Shown here piece by piece: positions 42,954 through 53,719 of a DNA stretch of 64,000 nt. The notes under the pieces are model-generated. The model made no database searches, was not told the origin of the DNA, and saw only the letters and a list, made by a program, of their open reading frames with translations. Within the stretch, counting starts at the first letter, position 1. Each line of letters opens with the position of its first letter. Position numbers and translations under genes: made by a program. Source of the stretch: an uncultured Phycisphaerales bacterium (lineage in GTDB: Bacteria; Planctomycetota; Phycisphaerae; Tepidisphaerales; Tepidisphaeraceae); contig CAVWLP010000002.1 in the NCBI GenBank assembly GCA_963755915.1, positions 3,552,001-3,616,000 on the forward strand, read 5' to 3'.

Positions 42954-43769
42954 TTACCAACTTCCTCCGGCTCCGCCGCCGCCGAAACTTCCGCCACCAC
43001 CGGAGAAACCACCACCGCCGCCAAAAAATCCACCACCAGAGGAACCGCTGGAGAAACCGCCACGGCCTGAGTAACTGCCTCCGCTGCTATTGGCGAACAT
43101 GGCGTAGAGGAGCCAATACCACATGCCGTGGTCGTAGCCGCGGCTGCTGTAGGTGGCATAGGCGTGCGCGCTGGCAATCCAGCGGATGATCACGGCAAGA
43201 ATGATGAGGGAAATGATCACAATGAAGAAGACGCCAGCGGAGTTGTCGTCTTTGGATTCCTGGACGGTTGAGCCGTTGCCTTTGTATTCGCCTTTGGTGG
43301 CGGCGAGGATGGCATTGACGCCGGCGGTGAGGCCGGCGTCGTAATCGCCCTGCTTGAAACAGGGAGTGATTTCGGTATCGATGATTTGCTTGCACAGGGC
43401 ATCGGGGAGTGCGCCTTCCAGCCCGTAGCCTACCTGAATGTAAAGCTTGTGGTCCTGAATGAAGATGAACAGGGCAGCGCCGTTGTTCTTGAGTCTTTGG
43501 CCAACTTTCCAGGATTCGGCGACGCGAACGGTGTAGTCTTCGATGGAGGAGTCGGACTGCATTTTAGGGTAGATAACGACGACGATCTGGTTGGACGTCT
43601 CGCGCTCGAATTGTTTGAGCTTTTGATCGAGCTGCTGGGCCGTGCTGGCGGAAACGACATTTGCGTAATCATTGAAATAGCCGGCGGGAGGCGGCGGGAT
43701 AACCTCGCTGGCGCGGACGGCGCAGGCGAGAAACAGGACAGAGCTGAAAATTAGATGCGATAGTTTCAC
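42954..43769 (-). CDS. TPM-domain (YgcG-like) protein
   Basis: NDYANV, IQVGYGLEGALPD, Gly-rich GGGSFGGGGAGGSW tail. Confidence 0.9.
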   Translation of the reverse strand: MKLSHLIFSSVLFLACAVRASEVIPPPPAGYFNDYANVVSASTAQQLDQKLKQFERETSNQIVVVIYPKMQSDSSIEDYTVRVAESWKVGQRLKNNGAALFIFIQDHKLYIQVGYGLEGALPDALCKQIIDTEITPCFKQGDYDAGLTAGVNAILAATKGEYKGNGSTVQESKDDNSAGVFFIVIISLIILAVIIRWIASAHAYATYSSRGYDHGMWYWLLYAMFANSSGGSYSGRGGFSSGSSGGGFFGGGGGFSGGGGSFGGGGAGGSW

Positions 43770-44398
43770 TATGGAGTCGTAGAGGACGGGTTATTGAAGT
43801 TGAACTGCACTTGCGGCGGAGTCTGTGCGGCGGTGTTGGCGGCGAAATAAGGTTTGGAGGTGAAACCCATGGCGCCGGAATAGAGGAGGGCCGGAAAGGT
43901 GCGGATGGCGGTGTTGTATTGCTGGACGGCATCGTTGAATCGCCCGCGCTCGACGGCGATGCGGTTTTCGGTGCCTTCGAGCTGGGCTTGCAGATCTGCG
44001 AAATTCTGGGTGGCGTGGAGCTGCGGATAATTTTCAGCCACGGCGAGGACTCTCACGACGGCGGCGCCGAATTTTTCCTGTGCTTGCTGGAATTGCGCGA
44101 GTTTGGCGGGATCGGTGGGGGCGTTATTGGGGTCGATTCCCGTATTCTCGGCTTCAGCGCGGGCTTTGGTGACGTCTTCGAGCGTGGTTTTTTCGAAGGT
44201 GGCGGCACCCTGGACCGTTTGGACGAGGTTGGGAATGAGATCCATCCGGCGCTGGTAAACGTTTTGAACCTGGGCCCACTGACTATCGACGGCCTGGGAG
44301 AGGCGAGTGAGGTGGTTGTATCCGCCTATGACGGTTAGCAGGAGGATAATGGTGAAGAGTACGACGGCGCCTAAACATCCCAATACTGCCCTTTTCAT
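43769..44398 (-). CDS. lemA: LemA family protein
   Basis: YQRRMDLIPNLV, ENYPQL, LEGTENRIAVER. Confidence 0.93.
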   Translation of the reverse strand: MKRAVLGCLGAVVLFTIILLLTVIGGYNHLTRLSQAVDSQWAQVQNVYQRRMDLIPNLVQTVQGAATFEKTTLEDVTKARAEAENTGIDPNNAPTDPAKLAQFQQAQEKFGAAVVRVLAVAENYPQLHATQNFADLQAQLEGTENRIAVERGRFNDAVQQYNTAIRTFPALLYSGAMGFTSKPYFAANTAAQTPPQVQFNFNNPSSTTP

Positions 44399-44469
44399 GG
44401 TGAGATCCCTTCGACGAAGGGCCGAGTACGAACCAGAAATCCGCGACCCTCCGCAATTGAGCCGCGGGC

Positions 44470-44760
44470 GAATTCATTACAAGTCCATGTGATAACCGCA
44501 ATGGCCGAGTGTGACAATGCGGAACGTTTAGTGCGCCGGGAAGACCGACAAGGAGTACCGAATGAAACAGTCGCACGATGAAGGCTCCGCCAGCTACATC
44601 GACCCCGAGTCATGCGTCGGCGATCGCAAGGCCGCCGGCGAAGCGTTGACAGGGGTACATGCGGGCCGGGGTAGTGAGCTGCGAAATAACTTTTTCCTCA
44701 GCGATGCCGACGCCGTTGAGCGAAGTGGAAGCCAAGATCGACGATGGCGCCAACCGCCAA
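44470..44760 (+). mobile_element. group II intron 5' (domain I region) fragment, no ORF or domain V
   Basis: GACCCCGAGTCATGCG...GGCGAAGCGTTGACAGGGGTACATGCGGGCCGGG...GAGCTGCGAAA...TGCCGACGC...GGAAG, a block I recognise from bacterial IIB intron 5' regions. Confidence 0.7.
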
Positions 44761-44914
44761 CTCGCCGACCAAAGAACTCAGTCAGGACACAAAATTCCTA
44801 GCTAGCCACTGATCTGAATCGCGGGCGGCACAAGCCCCAAAAGAACAATTAAAGAACGGCATTCCACTAATCGCGTGGCCCTGTCAGCGATTTTCAACGC
44901 TGAGCCTGGTACCG

Positions 44915-45004
44915 ATATCTAAAAAATGTTTTTTAGATATGGACAGCGAATTAATACCGCGTTGCAATGGTGCGGAATCTGAGACGGCCCTTATAAGGGC
45001 CGTC
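44915..45004. repeat. palindrome family copy plus a perfect 22-bp palindrome
   Basis: ATATCTAAAAAATGTTTTTTAGATAT (44915-44940); GACGGCCCTTATAAGGGCCGTC (44983-45004). Confidence 0.9.
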
Positions 45005-45133
45005 AGAATGAAGCCAGAGTGGTTAGGGAGTGGGAAAGACCGTTAGGATGCGTTGGCGGCTTTGGCGCGTCTGGCTTCGTCTGACTGGAAAGCACGAGCG
45101 GTGCCTTGAAGTGCGCGATGACGACTGTCAGGT

Positions 45134-45316
45134 GTGCATTCAGCCTATCTGACCCAGCGGGAACTGGACAGGATGCCGGGAATCCACCAAACGATGGTTC
45201 ACAATCCAGAAACTGCCAAGCGAAGGATGGACGGGGCGGAGATTATTGAGTGGGCGACGGCGTGCGGGCTGGATCCGGAGGACGCGTTTGGGGAGTTTCT
45301 AAAACGGCGGCGATAA
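45134..45316 (+). pseudogene. degenerate XRE-family HTH fragment
   Basis: LTQREL...ETAKRRMDGAEIIEWATACGLDP; no proper start. Confidence 0.55.
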
Positions 45317-45381
45317 CCGCCGAAATCTGATGGCGGCAAGTGTCGGTTCGAATTTGGGAAAAATAAAAAATGGGAGGCAAG

Positions 45382-46851
45382 TCACGCTTTGGGCAATATT
45401 GTCCGGGACTTCCGCGTCTTAGAGCTGGGATTTTTCGGGTTTTCACTCGAAAGGCTGCGTTGCCTCGATGGGCAACGGCGTGGAAGGTTCAGCGCTGCTC
45501 CTGCAGCGCATGCCGCGGCGTTCACCGGCGGCCGGACAACAAAAACCCCCGGTGACTTACTTGACGATTTTTCAGCCTTCTTCCGTGCCACACGCTGACG
45601 CTGCAGCTCGCATTCCCGTTCTCGGCGCTGCAGGATGGGAATAATCTCTTGCAACGTGGCCCCTCCCGCGGCGACCAGGCTCAGCATCGCGTAGGCATAT
45701 TTGCTCACCGGACGCTGCGTGTGCAGATAGATCAACAGCACCCCGATGACCGCGATGTAGAACCCGGTGGTGACGCCGTTTTTGCTGTGGCTGGTGAGAT
45801 GGCGGAAGTGGGCGTGCACTTTCAGCCAGCGGAAAAACAGCTCGATCTTCCATCGCCAGCGGTAGAGCAGACCGATGACATGGGCGGGAATGTTAAGAAG
45901 ATTGGTCAGCAGCCGCAGGGGCCTGTCGGGTTTGTCCGGGTCGAAGATCGTCACTTCCCGAAGCCATTTTCCCGCCGGAGGAGCAAAGCGTGGCCCTTCT
46001 GAGCCCAGGTATCCGATCCGGTCGCTGAGAATGCCGGCAGCGCGGTCTTCATCGCTCAGCGGCAGGGACTTGGGGGTCAAGTCATTGTTTTCGATGGGAA
46101 TGAAATAGTTGTTTGACTTGAGCCGGAGCACAAAATCGCTGCAGGCATGTACGATCCGCTCCAGCAGCTCGAAACAGACGTAGCCGCGGTCCATGACGTA
46201 AATCTGTCCCGGCTCCAGGGACTGCATCAGCGCCTGCGCCTCGGAGCATCCCGCGCCGCTGATCGTCACTCCCTCGGGAACCCCCACGCCCGCCGCCCAT
46301 TGAAGATTCAGGCGAATCGTGTCCATGGGCTTTCCGTTGGGTCGACTTTGATGCAGCGCCCAGGCCACGTCGGCGGCAACGGTGAACAGCGACCCATCCA
46401 CCACCCGTACCCGCTCGGTCAACTCCGCCAGCTTCGGATCGCCGTGACGCAGGTGCGGCAGCCGCGCCCGCAACTCCTCGATGATCGGCTCCAGCAGCGT
46501 CGGATCGAACAGGGCGTTGGCATCGGAAAGCGTGGAACGCGGCAGGCGATCGACCGAAAGCTGCTCCTGCATCTGCTCGGTCTGGCTGAAATCCTCCATC
46601 GTCCGCAGGCTGCGAATCGCCGGCGTGAAAAACGCCAGCAGATAGGCAAGGGTCACATCGTCATAAAAAAGCGTGCGATTGGGGTGGGGATGCGCCGCCC
46701 GCAGGCGGGCCAGATGATCCTGCAAAATACCGACGTACTTGCCGCCGAACAAATCCTCCCCCCGCACCGCCGGCCGCGGCTTTCGTCCCGGCTTGGCGGG
46801 CAATCCAGAAGCTGGGCAAAGGTCCGCGTGCACGTGGCGGCAGTGAACCAC
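45382..46851 (-). CDS. IS4-family DDE transposase (the ORF overruns the IR; true stop probably ~45557)
   Basis: VVDGS, VMDRGY, FVLRLK, LYRWRWKIELFFRWLK. Confidence 0.9.
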   Translation of the reverse strand: MVHCRHVHADLCPASGLPAKPGRKPRPAVRGEDLFGGKYVGILQDHLARLRAAHPHPNRTLFYDDVTLAYLLAFFTPAIRSLRTMEDFSQTEQMQEQLSVDRLPRSTLSDANALFDPTLLEPIIEELRARLPHLRHGDPKLAELTERVRVVDGSLFTVAADVAWALHQSRPNGKPMDTIRLNLQWAAGVGVPEGVTISGAGCSEAQALMQSLEPGQIYVMDRGYVCFELLERIVHACSDFVLRLKSNNYFIPIENNDLTPKSLPLSDEDRAAGILSDRIGYLGSEGPRFAPPAGKWLREVTIFDPDKPDRPLRLLTNLLNIPAHVIGLLYRWRWKIELFFRWLKVHAHFRHLTSHSKNGVTTGFYIAVIGVLLIYLHTQRPVSKYAYAMLSLVAAGGATLQEIIPILQRRERECELQRQRVARKKAEKSSSKSPGVFVVRPPVNAAACAAGAALNLPRRCPSRQRSLSSENPKNPSSKTRKSRTILPKA

Positions 46852-46916
46852 AAAACGCTGCTTCGCGCAAGGCGCAAGATTGTGTCATTGGTGAGCCTGC
46901 GTTCCGGACACTATTG
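45394..46916 (-). mobile_element. complete IS4-family element
   Basis: IRs CAATATTGTCCGG / CAATAGTGTCCGG; 9-bp TSD CGCTTTGGG at 45385-45393 and 46917-46925. Confidence 0.92.
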
Positions 46917-46958
46917 CGCTTTGGGCCTGAAATTCTCGGAACTGCTTGCGAGCGCGGA

Positions 46959-49900
46959 TTAGAAACGCATTCGCGCTTTGGTTTTCGGTTTGGACTTAAG
47001 GATTTTGTCGGTTGGGGTTGTCGCGTCGGAGGTTGAGCCGACTGTGGTCGTCGAGACCACCGCCGGCGCCGCAGGGGCTTCGACGACATCGGTGGCGGGA
47101 AGGGACATGCCCTGGCCGAAGTTGGCGGATAGCGCCGAGAAGTCTGAGCCGTTGACGGCCGGAGTGAAGAGGAAATTGCCCTGGTCCCAATTCGTATAGC
47201 CGAGCCCGAAATTGCCTGCAAGGATGCTGAAGTCTGAGCCATTTACCGTGCCGTCGAGATTGGCGTCGCCCAGAAGGGTGTATCTGATTTCGATCTGTCC
47301 GGAGGAGAGTCCGGCAACGACTCCGTCTTTTCCGTCGGCGAAGCCGAGGGCGTATTTTAAGCCGTTTGTCGCAGTCTGGGCAGCCGTGGAGATGATTCCG
47401 GGGCCGTTCCAGTTCCCGTTGTTGTAGCCGGACTGAAGGTAGGTGTAGATGATTGGCATGGGGTCGGCGCCGGAGCCGTAGGTGATGAACATTTCGTTGT
47501 CGGTGAGGTCGAGGGCGCCGCCGTTGATGGTGAGACTATCGAGGAGCAATTGGGTTTGAGAGGCAGAGTTGACCGGGACGGCGGCAAGGGCGCCGGAGGC
47601 GATATTGAGGGCGCCCAGTGAGATCGTGGCGGCGCCGGCGAAATTGAGCGTGCCGGCATTGACGTTGATCGTTGAGGTTTGGGCAGCGGTGAAGGTGATC
47701 GGGGTGGTGATGCCGCCGTTGAAATCAAGGGTGTCGCCTGAGCCGGAATCGGTGACGACGATGGTGGTGATTCCGGTGAATGTGCTTTGTACGCCGCCCT
47801 GGGTTGCTGTGATTGTGCCGCTGCTGCCGCTGATGGAGACGGGGCCGTTGGGGTTGAGGGCAATGTTTAGCGTCGAACCGGATTGAGTCGCGAACGGGGC
47901 GATGACGACGACGGGGACGGAGCTTGTGGCGGTCAGGCCGCCGGAGTCGGTGACGGTAACGGTGAGAGTGTAGGCGCCGGGCTGGGTGAAGTTGGCGCTG
48001 ATGTTCTGCGCGACGTTTGTGCCGTTGGTGTTGCCGGTGAAGGTGACGACGGTGGGGCCGGTCCAGGTCCAGGTGTAGGTGAGGTTGGACGCGCCGCCGT
48101 CGTCGACCGCGGGGACGGAGAGGGCGACGGGGGTTCCGACGGTAACGGTGGAGGCGCTGGCGGACGCGCCGGTGGAATTGGCGATCAAGGGAGGCTGGTT
48201 TGTGGTGGTAAGGGTTGTGGTTCCGCTGATGGACCCGGAGGCGGCGCGGACCGTGGCGGTTGCGCTGGCGGCGGGCGAAGTATATACGCCTGTCGTGCTG
48301 TTTACAGTTCCGCTGCCACTTGCAATCGACCACGAGAATGAGGCCGGCTGGTTGGCCATGGGGATGCCGAATTGATCGAGCGCTATCGCAGTGAGTTGGT
48401 CGGCGGTGTTGGGCCCGACGCTCGTCGATGCCGGGGTGACGGCAATGCTGGAGAGCGTTTGATTCACGGCGACCGTCACCGTGCTGATGGTCTGAAAGCC
48501 GTTGGGGTCTGAAATGACGACCTGGAAAAGATAGGTTCCGGCGGTCGCGAAACTGACGGTAGTGCTGGCGGCGGAGTTGGTGCCGTTGGCGCTAAAGGTG
48601 ACGGGGTCGGGCGGCTCGCCGAGGAGGGACCAGGTAAAGATGAGGTTCGATGCACCTTCGACGGAGTCGGTGGCGGTGGCGCTGAGGATTGTGTAGGTCG
48701 AGGTGACGGGGTTTGCGGAGGAGGCGGCCGCCTTGGTCAGCGCGGGTGGCGCGATCGTGGCTGCGGTGAAGGTGCTGGTCACGTTGTTGAATGTGGCGGT
48801 GGCGGAGGTTCCGCTGTCGTGGGAGGTTAGCGCGACGCCGGCGAAGAAATCGGAGTTCATCGTCACGCTGTGGGCGGAACCAATTTGCGTCCAGGTTGTG
48901 TCGTTGGAGGAGTAGAAGGCGGTGAAGCTATTGCTCGAATCGACCAGGCGGATCCAGTAAGGGGCGGTGAGGGAGGAGACGACGGTTTGCGAGGTGCTGC
49001 CGCCGGTGGTGGTGCGCCATTGGAGATCGATTCCCTCGCCGGGTGTGACGAAAAGCGCGACGTTTGCGCTGTTGGACGCAAGGGTGTTGCGGAGCATGAT
49101 GCCCGCCTTGGTCCAGGCGTTGGTGTTGGAGATGGAATCGACTTCAAGGGTGAGGGTGCCGGAGCCGGTTACTTCGTTGTATCCGTACTGTAATTGATCG
49201 GTGGTTCCCCAGATGTCGCTGCCGCCGGCGGTGAGGGTGATCGTGCCGCTGGATTCCGTGTAGGTTCCAAGGGGCGTGGGCTGGCCGATGTCTTCGTTGG
49301 CGGCGAAGGTGCGCGTGGCGGAGGCGGGAGTTACCGAGACGTTGGTGAAGGCGGCGGTGGCAAGGGAGCCGGCGTTGTGGCGCAGACGGCCAGGCCGACG
49401 TAGATCGTCGAGGCCATGGGGATGGTGACCGGAGTGCCGTACTGCGTCCAGGTTGAGCCGTTGGTAGAGATGTAGGCGGTGAAGGTGTTTCCGCTGCGCG
49501 TGAGCTGAAGCCATTGGGGTGCGGCGGTGCCTGAGTCGGTGGTTTGAATGTTCTGGTTGGCGCTGGCGCCGTCTCCGCTGCGGTATTGGAAGGCGGTGCC
49601 TTCGGTGGTGGTGGGTGTGGCGATGAGGAAGGCGTAAGCGCCGTCAGCGGCGAGGGAGTCGCGGAACATGACGCCGGCCTTGGTCCATTCGTTGGTGTCG
49701 GTGATTGAAGCAACGTAGGCGGTGATCGTGCCGTTGCCGGTGAGGGTTTCGTAGAGGTATTGGAACTGGTCGCTGGTGCCGTAGACGTCTGCGCCGGATC
49801 CGGAGACGCTGTAGGTTGATGTTGCGGAGTTAAACAAGGCGGAGCCGGTGGGAGAGGAAACGCCGATGTCTTGTGTGGCGGCGAAAATTCCGATGGCGGC

Positions 49901-52900
49901 GGGGATGGTGAGGGTGATCTGCCCGGTGAAACCGCCGACGGAGGCATCGACAACGGCCGAGCCGGAGCCGGACACGGGGGCGGAGTAGACGCCGAAGGAG
50001 CTGACGCTTCCAACGCCCGAGCCGATCGACCAGGAGTAGCTTTCGGGGATTTCCATCGGCTCACCGAACTGGTCGTAGGCGCTGGCGACGAGGGCCAGAG
50101 ATGCATCTGGAAAGACGATGTTTCCGACGCCGGCGGTTTGCGTAAAGATGCTGACTCCGGACAGCTTTTGCTCGACGGTGACGGTGACGGTATTGCTGAG
50201 AGTAGCCATACCGGCGGAGTTGGTGATGACCGCCTGGAAGGTGTAGGTGCCGGCGACAGAGAAGTTGGCGGTGGTGTTTTGGGAGGCGTTGGTGGCGTTG
50301 GTTGAATAGGTGACAGCGTCGGGGGCGGCGCCGACGAGAATCCAGGTGTAGGCGTCGTTCGTATCGGAGCCGAGGACGCTGAGGTTTACCGCGGTTCCCG
50401 TCGTGAGGGTTCCAGAAGCGGTGGCGGCGTTGACGATTGAAGGCGCGTTGCCGAGGGAGACGTTGGAGAAGATTGCGGTGGAAGTCGTGGAATTGGTCGC
50501 GGAGGTGACGGCAACGCCGAATTCGGCGGAGCTTGGGTTCGCCTGGAAGGTGAGGGTTTGCGTGGTTCCGATCTGCGTCCAGTGAATGCCGTCGGTGCTG
50601 TAATAGCCGGAGACGTTGTTTCCGGATCGGGAGATTTGGACCCAGATGTCGGTGAGTGGCAGAGCAACGGTGACCCACGATGCGCCCGCGCCGGCGGAGG
50701 TGCGCCACTCAAACATGACGCCATTGCCTGTGGTTCGGACGACCTCGGCGAAGGCGGCGTTGGCGGCGGCGCCGTCGCGGATCATCACGCCGGCCTGCGA
50801 GGAGCCATTGGCGGCGGACTGGGACAAAATCTCAGCAATGATGTTTCCGTTGCCGGACCAGGATGCCGGGACGAAGTGAAATTCGTCGGAGTTTCCACCG
50901 ATTCCAGAGCCGGAGGCGGTGACGGTGTAAACGCCGTTGGCATATTCATCCGAGCCTGTGATTCCGACGGCGCCGATGTCGGATCCTGGTCCGACGACGC
51001 CGGTTGGACTGGAGACATTCAATCGAATGACGGCTGATCCACCAGCGGCGACGTTGATGGTGGTGCCGTAGCTAAAGTAGTTGTCGTTGGTCAGGTCGTA
51101 GGCAAGGCCGACGCCCGGCGGCAGCGTGACCGTGACGGCGCTGGCGGACGGATTGCCGACGATGAGCCAGTTGCCGTAGCGGACGACCCACTCTCCGCCG
51201 AGGTTTGGGGAGGAGAGGTTGCCGTCCGACTGAACGGTGGCGGCGTCATAGGGCATGATGATCTGGGCGGCGTACTCGATGTTGTTCAGGGTGTCGTCGA
51301 TGCGGGCGATAAAGCTGGGGCCCATATCGACGAAGCTGCTGCCGTTGGTTTCGTAGTTGCGATAGTTGGCGTTGATGTAGAGTCGCTCGCCGTTGTAGTA
51401 GACGGCGACAGCGGCGTCCTGCGGATCGACAAAAGCGGAATTGGGCTGCCCCGGCTCGCCGGGAAGGGGGGTGAGGCTGGAGGGATTCACGCCGACAAGG
51501 CTGCGGATCGTGGCTTCGTAGTAGTCGAGGTCCTTGAGGTAGCTCAGGGACGAATCGTATTGCGAATTGTTATAGGTGGGTGTGACGTTGTACTGCGTCA
51601 TCAGATAGGCGGAGCGAAGTGCATAGGCGTTGTTGATGCCGCCGTTGGGCGCCGAGGCGATGTACTGAACATTGACGTCAAAACTGCCGGCGTCGGCGTT
51701 GGTATTGTACGGATCGCGGTAGGTGATGAAATCTTCCTGGGAGAGCGTGAAGACGTCTTCGGTGCCGTTAAAGTTCTGCTGGGGGGAGATGAATTCGTCG
51801 TAGCTGTCGATGGCGGCGTTGGCGCGGGCGGTGATTTCGGAAACCATCGTCTGATCCGAAGCGCTGGTGAGGCCCGGATCTGTCTGGGCGAGATTGGCGA
51901 GCACGGGATCGAGCCAGGAGAGCATTTCGCCGTAGCGGCCGTCGTAGCCGCTGGAGAGAACGCCGTGGGCTTCGCCCAGGCCGTCTGCTGTTTCGCCGTA
52001 ATTCACGGCGGAGGTTCCGGTGGCGATGCCTCGCAGGGTGTCGGGGGCGAAGCCCATCACCTGCTCGACATAATTGAGCCCGACATCGGGTGAAAGCGCG
52101 GGATAGGCGCTGTTGGGATAAAGGGCCTGGAGCTTTTCGAGCGCCACCTGGTCGGCATAGAGAGCGGTCATCTGGAAGGTGTTTTGCGATTCGACGCCGC
52201 CGGTGTGGACTTCGTAAAAGTTGATCGCGTTGTAGAGCATTTCCTCCCAGGCCGTGACGCGCTCGACGGATGTGGGCAAACCGGTGTTGTAGCCTTCATT
52301 AGTGAGGTTGGCGTCGTACGACTGGGTCAGATAGGACTCGAGTGTGGGCGCGGCGGTGGGGTCATCGAGGAGTTGAATGATGGTCCAGCCAAGGGTGTAA
52401 GTATCGACGCCCTGAAGATCGCCGCCGCCGTGAACGGTGGACTGGCGGGCGGTGGAACCCGCAAACGCGCCTGCGGTTCGCGGGGTGCTGGTGAGGCCGG
52501 TCCAGGCGCTGTTGGCGGCGGCGGAGTCGCCCTGCTGGATAAAGCCGCCGTCGCTGTCCTGCTCGTAACTCGCGCCGTCGATGGCGGCGACGATGTGCGC
52601 GATCAGCGTGGGATCGTGATAATCGTCCAGGCCGGAAACGACGGTTCCACTTGCGTTGGTGAAGGGGGGAGTGAAATACGCCGCGGACAAAACGCTGATA
52701 AGTTCGTCGGGGAAGGCGGTGTATCCCGGCCCGGCCTGGGTGCCGCCGATCTGCTGGTCCCACTGGGCGGCGGTGGCGCTCGGGTTGGCGCTCATCCAAC
52801 TGGCGATGTTGGTGAAGAGATCCAGGCCTGTCACTTCTTCGGGGGCGCCCGCGGGGGCCGTCCAGGTGTAGGTGTTGTTTGGGCCGTTGGCGGTGGAGCT

Positions 52901-53692
52901 CAGGACGATCGCTTGCTCGCCTTCGACGGTGCTGAGGTATCCGCCGCTGCCGAAGATCGACTGGCGATTGGCTTGGAGGATGGAGACGGCCTGGCTGAGG
53001 GTCAGCGCGGTGTAAGTAGCCATACCAGTGGTTGCGGGGATGGACCCGACGTAAGCGGTCGAGGCGGGGACGAACTGCGGGTCGGTGGTGCTGTACGCGG
53101 CGTAGACCGGTCGCGTCGACTGGCCGTTCGAGAGATAGGTTTGCGTCTGGTCGGCGTAAGGCGTGTAGATCGCGTAGAACATCAGCGTTAGCTGGACGGA
53201 TGTTTTGCCGGCGGTCATTGAGATGGGGATGGGGGCGGTTTCGTAGAAGAATTGGTTGGGATATTCGGGAGGTCCGCCGCTGTAATCCATCGCGGGAACA
53301 TCCGGAGCGTTGATGAAGGCCATCTGCCCGCCGTCGACGTCGCTGCCCCAGAGTTTGACGGTGAGATAATTCTGAAGGTTGGGATCGACGTTGAGCGTGA
53401 AAGTGAGCGCCTGGCTGGACGCGGTGCTGGTGGTGCCGTTGCCGTAGGGCTCTCGGTAGGTTTGGCCGTAGGCTCCGATGCCGGCGAGAGGAAGGCTGGA
53501 GAATCCGGGCTCGAAGTTGTGGACGGCCTCGGAAGCGGGGTTGCCGAAGTCGATCTCGTCGATGGCGTTGGAGGAGGTGAGGAGGAGACGCTGCTCGAGA
53601 AGTTCAACAACAGCGCCGCCGGCGGCCCGGAGGCGCGCGGCGGCACTGGGCGTTTGTGGTCTGGATCTTTTGGCTTCTGCGAAGTCCAACAC
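46959..53692 (-). CDS. giant secreted LEPR-XLL protein with repeated beta-sandwich and PKD/Ig modules and a C-terminal dockerin; frameshift ~49380
   Basis: ELLEQRLLL; three AG(V/I)M.R...W..L.R.G..F...S..G..WTQ.G repeats; GDANLDG dockerin; ORFs 49331..53692 and 46959..49514. Confidence 0.8.
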
Positions 53693-53719
53693 AACCTCGG
53701 CTTCACATGAGCGAAGGAC

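Noticed and set aside
44562-44801. 79-aa ORF MKQSHDEG... as a protein
   Set aside because: It is probably a spurious frame over conserved group II intron RNA.
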